A stretch of 64,000 bases of DNA from Lytechinus pictus (lineage: Eukaryota), in the NCBI RefSeq assembly GCF_037042905.1, contig NC_087245.1, forward strand, positions 15,502,001-15,566,000, written 5' to 3'. A program made the translations under genes and the position numbers. Numbering within the stretch: the stretch's first letter is position 1; each line of letters starts with the position of its first letter. The notes below the pieces were generated by a model. The model was not told the DNA's origin, searched no databases, and saw only the letters and a program-made list of their open reading frames with translations. Shown here piece by piece: positions 24,633-38,726 of this stretch.

Positions 24633-27600
24633 CTGAAACGAAAAGATAGCATGAACAATTGAACATGATAAAGCGAACTTCATGTTTTCTACAACAACAT
24701 ATTTTGTTGAATAAAAAAAAATAAAAAGTCTTCTTTAACTTGGTTGTGCAGTCCCAAAACACAATTTCTGTATGTAACAAAAATATATCAAGCAGCAAGG
24801 GCGTAGGCTGGTTTGAGCACCGGGGTTTGTGGGGGTGCACATCCTGGAGAGGTGGAACTAAAATATGGGGAGGGGGTGCACATCTTGGGGAAGTGGAACT
24901 AAAGTTTGGAAAATCAGTTGTTGAAAGCAGAAGAAGGGGTACAAAATTCGTTTTGCTTGCAAGTGTCGGAGCTCGATCTGCCTCAGCGGGAGCGTTGGTT
25001 GGTTGGTTTTTATTCACGATTAAAAATGCATAAATATAAACAAAATAAACATTACATGATCAAATAATTAAAAACAATATAACAGTAATCAAACTGAACA
25101 ATGCATGTAATACAAAATCGTAGGGATAGACCCGTTTCAGATTGGCTATTAATAGCCAACCTGTTCTTCCCCGGGGGTGCACCCCGCGTGCATGCACCCC
25201 CAGCCTACGCCCTTGAAGCGCGTATTTACAAGTGTAGATAAAATACTTTTATGTTCAGTGGGTGCAATGATGCAATAGTAGCATTGATATGTTTGATGAG
25301 GGCTTAGTTTTCATCACATCGGGTTATCGAGTCGGGTCGGACCCGACGTTTTGGAAATTTAGGGGACCCTTTTCTCGATTGACCGGGTAACACGATTACC
25401 CGACCAGACGCAATAACAATGATGGCACAAGTCGTTTTCGATATGTGTACTACGTTGGATCGTTGGATATATTTAAGTAGAACGAAGTAAGCTAACCCCA
25501 TTTTGTTTCAACTGATGATTTTTTTCTATAAACCAAATTGGATTGTAAAAAAACAATAGAAAAACAAAAACCAAAACAAACACGAATTTTGAGAAAACTG
25601 AGGAGCGGGGACAGCAGTCCTTCCCTATATCCCCAATTGATGGAAGTCCCGAAAGGTAGGTAGGCTTTATCCTACTAAATATTTTGATCAATCCTGTGAG
25701 CGAGATTGTAAATAGACCTACGATATTAATATGTATATTAATATGTTAATATTAATATGTATTAAGTACCCTTGATTGAACCTGGGTTTTCCTTTAAATC
25801 AATAGGCCTATCATCGATGGACGAATAAAATTTAAATCTAGAGAGAGATGTTTATCATTATCATGAAAGGTGATTTTAGAAGTATGTGGGTGGATGTGTG
25901 TGTGTGCACTCGTCTGGATACAAGAGTGGAAATAATTAAGATAGCTCATTTTTTCAAGCTTGATTCTTAATGCCCAAATTTGAACAAATTGGATTGGTAG
26001 TGCAGAACTGAATTTTGCAAATATGATGTATAGGCCTATGTATTTTTCCATTCCTTGTTTAGCCATTCGAATCTTCAAACGAAGTAGAAATTAATCATAT
26101 AGGTATACACTTATAGGGGTTTGAATATTTCGCCTGTCACGGTGATTCCGTATGTAGCCATTGTATTTGAGGCATTCCAACCCCATCCTTGACTAGAAGA
26201 ATTTCTTACTGGTTCAACTTCGGTTTAACAAAGGTTTAGTACATGTTTTTCGACAGGTCACGAGTATTACTCATACCTTGATAAGTATAGCAACGACGAA
26301 ACTACAATCCCATAGATGAGCAGGAGACCACAGATAGTACCAAGTACCACTGCCCATGTGCCTAGGTGAAAAATAAAAGATGAAAAAGATATGCTAACAT
26401 TACTGGCTGTGGTAATTATTTTTTTCATAAATTGTTTAATCTATTTTAGAAACCACTCGTTGGATCACAAGTAAAACACTACATGGAATGTATTATAAAG
26501 CTTTGTGTAAAAGAGGGTCATTGCCGGGGCGGGGGCTGACCATATACATAAAATCATTTTAAATACGAATATTGGCCCTTAGACCATCCATGCGATTCAC
26601 GAAATGCCTGCCAGACAAGACGAAGCCCCCGGAGGGAAAAAACAAAGAAGAAGAAAAAAACATATATCAATGCATTAATGGACATAGCATACACACTTAT
26701 GCAAATGTTGATTGAAATTGTATTAATAATCCTACCTGTTTTAGCAATGACGACCCGTTTGCCAGGGTTGTTGTAATATGTTGTTGACTGTTGAGTAACT
26801 GGTATGTGGGAATAATAATAATATTGGATATTAAAGGGTAACTCCAGGCTGAAAATAATACCAATTAAACAGATTAAACAAAATCAAACAAACAAAATAT
26901 TAAAAATTTCATCAACATTGGACAAGGAATAACAAATTTACGATACTTAAAACTTTGCGTTATTTCGGTGAAAGATGAATGTCTTTATGAATATGCAATG
27001 AGCACACTGATGACGTCATATCCCCGCTTATATATTTTATATATGAAATATTATATTGATTTGAATTTTGTCCTACAAGAATGAGCAAAACTTGGATTGA
27101 CAACTGGTTTAATGTGTAAGGTATTCACTGCTGCAACTTATTTTAGTTTTAAGGAATACGTAATACACTCGTATGAAAATAAAAAGTAGTTATGATATAA
27201 TGCAATAACATTAAAAAATCATCAAACCACCTCATGAATATTCATGCAAATATTGCTAAACTTTAAAATTCAATAGCTTCGTTATTTTGCTATCAGATTT
27301 TGATGAAAAATTCAGCGTTTTACTCGGTTAATTTTTTCTCTTTATTTAGACACGATTGTTTTCAGCCCTGAGTACCCCTTTAGGAAAACGAGTGGCATTT
27401 TACTTGTGCATGGCTCCATCAAAAAGGAAGATTATAAACTACATCATTACATGGAAGCGTTGACTAATGTTCTTGCTAAACAATCTGTAACAAAATCGGG
27501 GTTTCAAGTCAATAAACAGTCATTATAATTTGTATAAAATGTACAGACGCGGAAATCATTTGCTGTTATCTTGCAGTTGAAAATTAATGAGATCACAGTG

Positions 27601-30600
27601 GTCTTTAATTGTGTTTCATGATGATGAAATATAACCGATTTTAAACTGGAGCTAATGACACAGTCACATTTCCCCTTTGACCGCCGTACGGCAAGACGAA
27701 AACGGCCGTTTTAACATTTGTTTGTACCAGCTTCATATAGGTGGTTTAAATAAAAACGGAAAAACAAGCGGACGTTTTCGACTCATAGTACGGCCGCCGT
27801 AGGGGAAATGTGACAGCGCCATAAATCTTCAATTTCGGTTGGTCGTCAACAGGCAAACAATCTATTGAAACACATTGAGGGCAATAGAGCAGTTGAAAAT
27901 ATGAAATTACCCGAAATTGGGGAACTCGTTATCACCGTTGTTGAGTTTTCAGTCGGTTGTGGCCCTCCAGCAGCGTCTGAATCTTGATTACCAGGAAGAA
28001 CTATACATAAAAAAAGTGTTTAGCATTTATTAATGACACTGTTCAAATTCAATTTAATATCAAACTTAAAGAAAGCCGAGAATATCGTATAGACAAACGT
28101 TCTATGTGACACGTAATCCTACTTTGGCAATGATAGCACTCTTTTGATCATATATGGTTAAATCACTGTTATGGATCAAGCTTAATGCTACATACGAGTC
28201 TATACCAATGTGATTATCGAACTATTATCCATTTAGTTTCAGTCTATTATTTTCAATGAGGGTGATGACAGTATATAGGAAACGTACTCAAGCTTTCGTA
28301 AAACCATACACCTATGATGCGCCATCTAACGTTCAGGATGATACTCTTTTGGTCACATTTTGCTTTTTTTCTCATTGTGTGATTGATTGTATCTTTTTAT
28401 TTCCAATTTAACATAACTTGAAGGGTGAATGCAAATATAGAACACGAAACAGAAAAAAGAGCCCCTGACATAGGGAAAGCACAGCTTGTTTATGTGAGTC
28501 ATTATAATGACTCATTAAAATGTAACTTTTCTTCAATGAAATTTAGATTGTAATTAACAAGGTTCAACAGAATTTAAAGAATGCTAATTGAATACAGTTA
28601 AATTCTTTACGCTATACACTATTAAATGAAAATTAAAACAATGTATCATACCCCTGGTATATAAAATTAGAAGAAAAAAAACTTAAAAACGCATAAAATA
28701 AATTAGTTAGACAATGTGATATCATCAAGCTTTATACAAGCAATACATTGCTTCCATGAATCATGGTGATGGCATTGACAGTTTGTTATTTTCAAATTGG
28801 GAGGAGGCAGTGTATACCCATCAAAGCCAACATATTATTTACTTCAATCTGATACTGCGATGTTATGTTGGCAAGGTTGTTATTCCTTATAACATTTTGA
28901 TTTTATCAGGCCAATGCTATTTCATTGTTGTTTCCACCATCTATAGTTAATAATTTTTATTTTCTATTCAGCAGGTGGATGGGAGTGAAAACCCTACAAA
29001 CAATGTTACGCAATACATGACGTCCCATGTTTGGAGTTTTTTTTATGGCAGCGGTGGGATGCGGTATAAGTTCAAGCCGAAATCTTGTTGGTTTTTCATG
29101 TTTTGTTTTCTTGGGTTCGATTACAAGCAGTTGCATAAAATGAAATAATAAAATAATTGCGTATTATGATAATAGCAAATGTTTACATAGCGCTTTTCCC
29201 AGAACGGCTCAATTAAAGCGCTTTACAGCATATTATAACCCCGGTCATTGGATTCATTTCAATCCCGCACGAAAAGAGCACAATTTTCACTCCTTGGGGA
29301 GCATTCATCGCAGCCTCATTAAGGGAGTGCCCTAAGCTGACGGTACTTCGTGCAGGAGTCTTTAATGGGCATTATTATTATTATAATTTGCTCAGCACTT
29401 TTTTTTTGTTTTGAATAATATTTTTATTTTCTTCCTCTTTCAAATCAATAAGTTTACAATCATAATTCATACAAATAAAGATTCTGTGCATGTATACAAT
29501 AAATAAACAATCAAACAAATAAATATATCAATATCAATGAGATTACAAATATTTTAGAATGATTACAAATGAAGTTAAACTGCCAAATTTCTCTTCTATA
29601 ACAATGTGAAAGCGGAGGGGAAAACCCATATCAATCGACAAAGTAAAAAAACATACTTTGTAAAAAATGACTTTTTTCCCTGAATAGAATAGAAATAATA
29701 TCTTTTGCACAAATTAATTGTGCAAGAATAAAAAAGGATAAAGGATTATTTTAAAGGTTAATTAGAGGACTTTTGTTCAATTAGATGTCTTAAGGACGCC
29801 CTCAAGTAAAAAGAGCCGTCATTATTTTCATATAGTAATGTGTATCATAATAATAAGTCGGATACTTACGATCAAAAACAGAGAGATCCGCTACCCAGAT
29901 ACATGATGATGTTGTGTTTGTCGAACAATAGCAATTGGTGATATATCCACTTGCCCCTGTCAAGTTACTCGGGTCGGAAGTAGCATTATTTCCACAGAAA
30001 CATTTACGAGGCATTCCTTCGCAGTACATGGCGTAAGCATATTTACCAATTATATTACAGGTTACTTTACACAGTTCAATAGTCATATTTCTAGGATCAA
30101 TATCACAGGAATATCGATGTTCCTTAAGTGTTATTGATGTAACATGTTCCCCGATGTAACAACCATCTGTATATAAAAAAAAAGGTTTAGAAATTAGGAG
30201 AATCAAAAATAAAAGTAATAACCGTAAAACCCAACAACAACAACAACAAAGAATCACAGCCGACTCAAAACTCTCTTGTTGTTTTCATACATGTATCTTT
30301 ATATTATTTTTGTGCATGAGAATCTTGCAGTCAGGTTTATGTATCCTTCTCCGAAATAAGACAACTCTCCATAATAACATCAGGGTCGTCAGGTGCTCTG
30401 AAATCCAATATTTCACTGCACTGGTTTTGTTTCCATTCGGTTTCTTCAGCTCCCTCGCAATCTACGCCTGGCATCTCATTTCCATGAGCAATACACTATA
30501 GACAATGACCCGTTGTTCCAAGTTTCCTTTATTTCATTTCGACTAAACATATTGCACAAAGTGAAATAATAACCATACAAATCAATACAAAGGAATATAC

Positions 30601-33546
30601 TATATGTAAGCAATACGACCATACCAAGGATACGTTTTTCGGTAAGAAATAAACAATCATTATAATCATGCAATTATGATATTAACAATGAGGGGAAAAA
30701 TACATGTCGAACAATCCTCGATTAAACATCTGCAAGGCTATTTTTATTTATCTTTGTGATATAATAAAAGTTGAGGAAATGGAGGGATCCAATGAAAAGC
30801 AGGGCTTGTTAAATACAAGGCTTGTACATTAAAATCCTTTTCAAAACACATTTTCAGTAATTTACATTGTAATTGTTTAATAAACACATTTTAGTATCAA
30901 TTTTCATCTCGATTTCATTGAAAATCGATCAGCAAGATGTTCACTAACTCATGTAGGATTTTGACATCATTGATATCTGAATTCATTCGTTGCAGTCATA
31001 CCTTACTTTTCTTTTTTACACATTGTATGCATGCATTGAATTGCAAGCAGCACAAGTACATGAAGTTAGTAATTATTAATTATTTAAAGTTTGCTTCACG
31101 CTCCCAAAACAAAAGGAATACTATCAAAATATACTAATACTCATAGAAAATGAATTGCCTGTAATAATCGAGAATTTTCGTTGATAATAATATTCAATAG
31201 GCTCTAACCGATTTGTATCTTGAATAGTAAAATATAAATTATTGAGTACGCTAATTGCGAGGAAAAAATAGAGAATATACGTGTGATGTAATTTTTTTAA
31301 AGTTTTGTTAGTGTATGGCTTTCAATAATTTTAATTTAAATTCAATAATTTGCTCAGCTGCTGCGCAGAAACGAAAGTGAATGGACTGAATGGTACCCCT
31401 ATAACGAGGAATATCTCGCCATGCAATCTGAGTAAACGTATGAGCTTATTATGAGCATAAGAAAAAACATCATTTTCGTTATTTTCAACAGAATAATTGT
31501 CAATACTGAGTCGCTAATATGTGCATTCAATATAACTTTTGAAACGCGATTTACTGCTTTTGGCATAAAAGCAAATTGCATAATTTCAGTTTAATTGTCT
31601 GGGTATAACAACACTATTCGTATGCAGAGTCCTAAAGATAGTTTTACGATCAGAAATATTCGCCATATAGCTCTAGTTTTGAAATTTATGAATAAAAAAA
31701 CCCCACACATTTATGGAAAAAGCAATATCGAAAAATGCATTATGTAGAAAAACCGATGTCATTAATATAAGAATGCAACCATCTAACTTTGGCATCTGTT
31801 TCATAAAACTGTTCGTAGAGTTTATGAACGACTTGTATCCCTTATAAGAAAATACATCAACACCAATTAAAATCTGGTGTGCGTTATTTATCACAAGAAA
31901 GGATCACCAGTCGCTCGTAAAGTCACGTGAATACAAACAGTTTTATGAAACACCCATCCGGTATAAAGAAAGAGAGAAAATAATTTTTGGAATACCCATA
32001 TTTAAAACGATTCATTTTTATCATTCAGTCGTTAAATCATTATTGAAAATAAAACTCAAGTCTGGTTGGGTTTATCCATGTAGGAATTCATAATCATCAA
32101 TATATCAAAAGTTAAAAACAATATTGCATGATAATTGTATTTTAGCTATTCTATATGAAGAGTTTTATTCCATAAGGAGCTTAATCCACTTGTAGCGTTT
32201 TTCTGTAAATCAAGGTTTTTTCATTCACCACTTTTCCTTATCCATATAGCTTTTTTATTTTGACATAAACGATTGTACTATCATCTCAGATTAATTAAAT
32301 GGTTTTTTTTTATCTGGCATTCAATATTAATTTTTGATAATTTTGTGAAATTTTACTTTTCATGGATTTTAGCTCCTTTTGGAATAAACCCTTAATTGAA
32401 AGTCTATATTTTTGCCAATTTAAACATGCTCAATATTGGAAATTGAACACAAAACACATAAATATTGCTATAAGAGTACATCATATCTGATGTTTATCCA
32501 TTGAAAATTTTAAAAGGAAAACAAACCCGTCTTTTCTAAGGACGGTTACTTTTTGATGTTGAAGGTGCTAAATCCAAAAGATATTCAGAAAAATAGTAAA
32601 ATTATGTTATTTTCATCAAACTTGGCAAAAATAGTGTAAACTTGTATCCACAACATATACCTCAAAATCTGAATGCAAACTTCATGTAAAGTAGTAAAAT
32701 TAACAAATTTTAAATGACCCGGTAGCAGATTTAGCACCTTTTGGAATAAAACTGTTTTGAATTTAGCTCCTTTTGGAACAAAACTCAAATTTGCAATCAA
32801 TTTTTTACCAACCTTCACATTGTTTCTTTCAAATGCGATATGGTGCATTTGATTCCCAGGTCTAAGATACATAATTGTATTAAAAAAAAAAAAAATTTGG
32901 TCACTGGATTTAGCCCCTTTTGGAATCAAGCTCTTTATATGTACATGCATGATGCTCATGTGAAGGTATGCGAACAAACTTCCAAATGAAAACTTCGTTA
33001 GTCATAATGAAAGATTACACTCAGAACCGAAGTAAAACAATACAAAAAATAAGCCCTCATACTAGCCCGTACAACCATAATTATTGTCAAAAAAAGAATG
33101 TGATTATATGACAGAAATGGTCGACAATGAAGGTAGAATGGGTCTACATGTACCCCCCAAAAAGAAAAGAGTTGAATTGTTTTCAAAGCAGTAACATTTC
33201 CTTTTATATAATCTGAAAACAGGGTATTTTATCTTTATTTTCATTACTACTTTTCTAAGGTAGGGGTTCATACGAGCCCCCCGTATTACCCCCTGTTGTA
33301 TAGTAACAAAAGATCGAAACGTAGAATGTTTTTTATTTTTCATTTCTACAGGATATGTCGTGTTATCAAGTAATCTTATCATTTCGAAATGTGATCCTGG
33401 AAACCTAAAATATCTTGAAAAAATAAAAGAACATAATAACACTCAAATCAGAACATGATATTGTAAAACTTACCAATGTGAAGAACTTGGGGGGAAAAAC
33501 CCAGTATTATCATTATACTTATTAAATGTATATATACGAATATCAT
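24278..33546 (-). CDS. WSC-domain type I transmembrane protein, 320 aa, 6 coding exons
   Basis: Exons 33474-33546 (signal peptide MIFVYIHLISIMIILGFSPQVLHI), 29870-30166 (WSC-like), 27911-28000 and 26736-26798 (S/T-rich stalk), 26277-26361 (TM), 24278-24632 (tail). All junctions are GT-AG with phases 1,1,1,1,2, giving 963 nt open to the stop. Confidence 0.85.
24796..25215. mobile_element. MITE, inverted sister of 16302-17108 with only ~2 minisatellite units
   Basis: Same TIRs caagggcgtaggctg / cagcctacgcccttg and the same internal flank (ttgaaagcagaagaagg...gtgtcgga). Confidence 0.8.
26277..26361 (-). CDS. WSC receptor transmembrane exon
   Basis: GTWAVVLGTICGLLLIYGIVVSSLLYLSR. Acceptor tttttcacctag, donor GTATGA. 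Confidence 0.85.
26736..26798 (-). CDS. WSC receptor stalk exon
   Basis: 63 nt, phase 1-1, VTQQSTTYYNNPGKRVVIAKT. Confidence 0.7.
26835..27379. mobile_element. Kolobok-like MITE (TTAA target)
   Basis: ttaa|agggtaactccaggctgaaaa...ttttcagccctgagtacccct|ttag. Confidence 0.6.
27911..28000 (-). CDS. WSC receptor Ser/Thr-rich stalk exon
   Basis: 90 nt, phase 1-1, LLPGNQDSDAAGGPQPTENSTTVITSSPIS. Confidence 0.75.
29870..30166 (-). CDS. WSC domain exon
   Basis: DGCYIGE...MTIELCKVTCNIIGKYAYAMYC...CFCGN...CYC...C fits the WSC pattern (GCY...MT.E.C...C...Y.YA...C.CG). 297 nt, phase 1-1. Confidence 0.88.
33474..33546 (-). CDS. WSC receptor signal-peptide exon
   Basis: ATG, 24 mostly hydrophobic codons, then G|GTAAGT. 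An upstream acceptor at ~33590 implies a 5' non-coding exon. Confidence 0.75.
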
Positions 33547-36500
33547 CAAAAATGTTTTAATCAAACTTGTTAGCTAGCGGTTTATTGCTCTGAAAATTAT
33601 GACAAAGGTTTTATCACACTTACTTAATGGAGAATTTTCAGATCGAGAAATCTGAACTATCAATAAAATTGATGGTAAAAATCGGAACATCATGTAGATC
33701 TTTCCACTGCAGTGACACATAAAATTTTTTTATCATCGCCAACACTCCTTTTCTATGCCGATACTGCTTGCTAAATAGCGTCAATTGAATTCTTCAGAAG
33801 TAATGTCGTGCGATTATTGATACTTTTTTACTCAAGTATAAGTAAAACTGTAGTTTCGCTTTGGAATCTCCCGATTTTATATAAGTCATGAAGATAAACC
33901 TTGAATAAATAAAGCTAATAAACTAAAGTGATGCAGGAAATGACAAATCAAACAATCACGAATGAGGAAGAGCTTTTTGTGAAAGGGGAATATTTTATCT
34001 ATGAGGGAGTATGTCTGCGGATCATCAGGTACACACACACACAAACACGCACCCCCACACACGCACACCCTCACAAAATCGATCACATACTAAAAATAAA
34101 CCAGAAAATGTCAATTCGATATATTGCCATTTCATTGTGTAACAATATCTGTTTCTGGTCTTGTTTGTTGATGTTGCGTAGGATTCCATGATCCCCGGTT
34201 GGCGCACGTCAGTTTAAGGAATTACTTCCTAGCTAAAATTATAATGTAAATATTTGGCTTTCAAGAATGAATCTTCACTTCCTGAATTTAATTCAAGAAA
34301 GATCAGAGGTTAAATCTCTGATACCCCATTTTCCGTGATTAATTTTGTAATTTGATTTTCCTAGATTCTCGATATCAGAAGACAAAACATAGAGATAAAG
34401 AGATAGAGAACAACAACAAAAGATTCACCCAGACAAAAAGTTTGGTTTAAAACTAACAATTTTTTTTTTATTGATGCAGGTTTGGGGAAATTCCTTCAAA
34501 AACTATATATTTATTAGAATTTTAAGTTTTTATTTTTTTTAATCTTTGTGACGTCAAATACGAGCAGCTGCCCCTCCTGGCTACTGATGTTTCAAGCAGT
34601 TACCCGCTTATTAAAGCTGGCCCTGCACTTTTTTTTTTTACCCGACTTACCATTTAAATTGCTTTATTTATTACAGTTTTCAGCAAAAATGTACTCATTT
34701 ATGTTATTGTTATTGCATTTTAAGTTTTTCATTTGTTATTGATTTATGAATAAAATGCAGAAACTCCTAAAAAATGTTACGTTTTTTTTCACTAGCAGGT
34801 TGATATATTTTGTCTGTTGGTACAATAAAAACCATTTTCGATTTTTTGAGAAAATGAAATTTCACTGACTTTCTTTATTACATGATATGTTAGGAAGCTG
34901 CTTGAATATGACGTCACAAATGAGAAAATATTATTGTAATAACTTTTTGAAATCTTTGATGGATTTTCCTCAAACCTTCATCAATATTTGTTATCATATT
35001 TTTGCTACTTTTACAATAAACGTTTTGTCAGGGTGAAGTTCCCCTTCAAAAAGAAATCTACTTGGACTGTCATTACCCAAACCTTAGACTATTCTTAATT
35101 CCAATGAGAACACTGAACTTACTGACCATACATTTTACAAGACAAAGCAACAACAATAATTATAATTCCCACTTAAAATTTCGTGGTGTCAGCTTAATCT
35201 CAGACCCTGATTGAAACTTTGATTTACAAGTGGGTCTTCACACAAGACTAGCACTTATACAACTTTGCTGTTTCAATTTCACGAGGGAGGGAACTCCTGT
35301 GAAAAGGTCACTGTGCTAGGGACTTCAGACCATGGTGGAGGGTTTCCATAGCAAACTTGTGTCAACTAGGATTAAACTTTATTATATTCCAAATTAAAGC
35401 CGTTTTTGAAGTAAAATGGATACTGAATTTCAATTCTACTAAAAGGGTGAACCAAAAGCTGAGAAACGAATTTATGCATTTCCAGATTGTGCAACTACCA
35501 GGTCACTATGCAGTGGCATAAACTCGGTCTGAGGAGGGGGGGGGGGGGGGTGGTAGCAGGCATTGAGCTGAATACTTTATTTTGATTTATTTCTAAGGAG
35601 GGGTACCTATTTGGTGATTACAGTTTATACGTAACACGTATTTAAAAAATGAATTTCTTGATGGATGGTTCCATTGTTTTCTTGTAAATTCAACTTTTGA
35701 CTTTCAGTTGGGTTTGCTGACCCATGGTATTGATTTGCGAGAAAGTGATGCGAGCGAGCAAATATTCAGTAGTTGGAAGATATTTATGTTGATCAAAATC
35801 CTGTTATAGGGGGTATAAGTATATGATGTCTTTATATATAACTACATCTAAAATTGCTACAGAAAGTGCAGTGAGGGAGCCTTTGAAATGCTGCTATCAG
35901 TCGTATTTAATAATATGCACAAATACTGAGCGGAAATGATGAGCCACATCAAAATGGATGGGATCGTCAAAAGATAATTGGAAATGTTGATATTTAGTGC
36001 TTTAATGGTGAAACATTCACCTGTCCCTATAAAGTGATTTTCATCAGTAACTCATTGTATATATATCCTGAATCATGGGTTGTTATCATGCCTCCATCTT
36101 AGTAGCAGCACCAGGATTTTTAAGATAAAGGGGCAAAAGAACATTTCTTTATTGGGGGCAAAGACACACACAAAATTTTGTGCCTGTCTTACAACATCGA
36201 GAGCGAAGTGCGAGCTTAAGTTTTGAACATAGGCCCTACTGTCTTGAAAATGGACCTGTTAAGGACTGTTTACAGTGACTCGCGAAAAACGATACATCAC
36301 CAAATAAAATAATGCGAGCGCGAAGCGCAAGCTAAAAATTGTTAAACTCTTGAGATGATATACTTTTTGTAACCATGAACATGATGGGTATTTTGCGAGC
36401 GCGTAGCACGAGCTAATTTTTTTTTTTTTTATATTTAAGCACCCTTTTGTATAATGAACATGTGCAGGATATGTATCTTGCTAAAAACATATGATGATAA

Positions 36501-37026
36501 TTCGAATCACGAGATGAATAATTTGTGCATTTTGACTTGAACACTGGATTTTAAGCCCGGCCATGTTATCCTATTGATCATTTATTCATGTCAATCAAAG
36601 GCCAATGCAAGTGCAAAGCGCGAGTGAAATTTTGAATTTTTATATAATGATCTGATGTTGGTGACTAATATTGTTGGGGCTACCAGTGACTAATTTTTAC
36701 AAATTTTGAAGTGCGAAATATGCTGTTTTGGAGCACTTAATACCCTGAGTAGGATTTTCATAACTAAATTTAATATACATTTTTTTTTAGTTTTCAAACT
36801 TAACGACCTGACTGCCCCCTGGTGCCGCCACTGCTCATCTTCCCAAAAAGTGCTCTAACAGATAGAATAGCCCCCTCCATTTGAATCAATGTAACCATGA
36901 TATTTCAAAGTTGTTTGAATCATACTATCATGAAACGTGATGCAATAGATATAAGATTTGCATGAAAGCTATATTCGTCGAATTTGTCAGGGCAAAATGT
37001 CGAAATTTCTGAGCAAACGGGGGAGA

Positions 37027-38219
37027 CAGTGGCGTACCGTGAGTCACGGCATTGGGGGGGGGGGCACCAGCAAAAATTTTGAGTCACTAAGTGAGCGCGC
37101 GAAGCGCGCCCAGTTGCCAGGTATACCTAATAGAGACATTTTAAGGACAGTGCCATTAAACGGATATGTCTCTCACTGGTCAAATAATGCGAGCGCGAAG
37201 CGCGAGCTTAAAATTTTTGATATTTAGACCTAAAAAGGGACATTATAATCAATCTTTTGTAATCATGATATGTACCTGTCTCGCTAAATAATGCGAGCGC
37301 GAATCGCGAGCTGAAATTTTTGTAAATATTGACCCCCAAACAGGAAGATTTTAAGGACTATATTTTATTAATCCATTAAGAGTATACACATCTCACCATA
37401 GTCATCTAATGCGAGTGCCAATAAGCGCTTGCTGATTTTGTTAGAATTACATCTAAACATGCACATAAAGAACTTGTAATCCTGATTAACTTACCCATCT
37501 CACTAATCAAATCTTGCGAGCGCGAAGCGCGAGCTGAAAATTTAGGAAATTTAGACCTGATGAGGGGCATTTTAAGGCTTGTTGGTAGAAATTCACGAAG
37601 ACCATACGTAGTTCACTAACCAAATGATGCGAGCGCGAAGCGCGAGCTGAAATTTTTAGATATTCAGATTAGAAAAAGGGATATTTAAGGACTGATTCTA
37701 GGAATCCATGGAGAGCAGACATATTTCACCAATCCACTACTGCGAACGTAAGCACGGACAGGAAATATTTTATATCAAGACCTTAAAATTAGCCAATCAC
37801 TTTAAGTAATCATGAAAAAGAAGCATACTATTGTACATAAAACAATAACTCGAAGTGCGAGGAAATATATTTGGCAGTTTGGTGTATATCGACTTGAAAA
37901 CGGGAGGTTTTAGTATAACAGGATTATATATCTCGGTAAACAGACAATGCGAGCACCAGGAACAATGAAGACATAGGCCCTGAGCAAATTATGTTTCATA
38001 AAGTTATGAAAAAAAATGTTTCTTATGTAATACAACATAACATAATTATGATATAATATAACATTATAATTAACAATAATGTCTTCTTTCCCACTTCGTT
38101 TCTCTTCCTTTCTCCCTCTTATTCTCCTTTTCCCCGTTTTTTTTTTTTTTTTTTTTTGGTCAGCCGATTGGGGGGGGGGGCACGTGCCCCCCATGCCCCC
38201 CCCCGTAGTTACGCCACTG
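37027..38219 (+). mobile_element. hAT-like MITE, same family as 5018-6197
   Basis: TIRs cagtggcgta / tacgccactg. TSD gggggaga. Confidence 0.9.
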
Positions 38220-38726
38220 GGGGGAGAGCTTCCCGTTTAAAAAAATGTAAGATTTGACTGATTGAAGCTTTTTCATTGGCATTCAAAGATGAATTCACCC
38301 AACTTACACGAAGTATTTATTATTTGAAGCTACTTCTTTCCCTAAAAAAATAGAAGTGACTGCAGCCTGACCCCGATATAATGTCGTATTTGACTCCAAC
38401 GAAAAAGGTAAATACAAAAATGGAGAAAAGAAAACACGAGATACAACAAGGTGGTTCACGAACCACAAGTCTCGCCTGATATCGCTAGCGATAAATAATG
38501 CAATATGATCTTTTGAACTATCATCGTCATGGAGACACGTGTGGTTTTACCCAATGGTTATTTGTACCAAGTGTCATAATTGATACATAAATAAAGAAAT
38601 GGGAGCAATTAAAACAAAAGCTTGACCTTTTAACCCATAGATGACCCCATCACCCTCATGGACATACATTTGGTATTACCCAAGGATCATATGCACCAAA
38701 TGTCAACACAACTGATGCAGAAACAA

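Noticed and set aside
34485..34494. Perfect NF-kB-like site GGGAAATTCC upstream of the WSC signal exon
   Set aside because: It lies within a dispersed repeat whose sister copy (~44342) reads gaggaaaatcc. A single 10-mer is not enough evidence.
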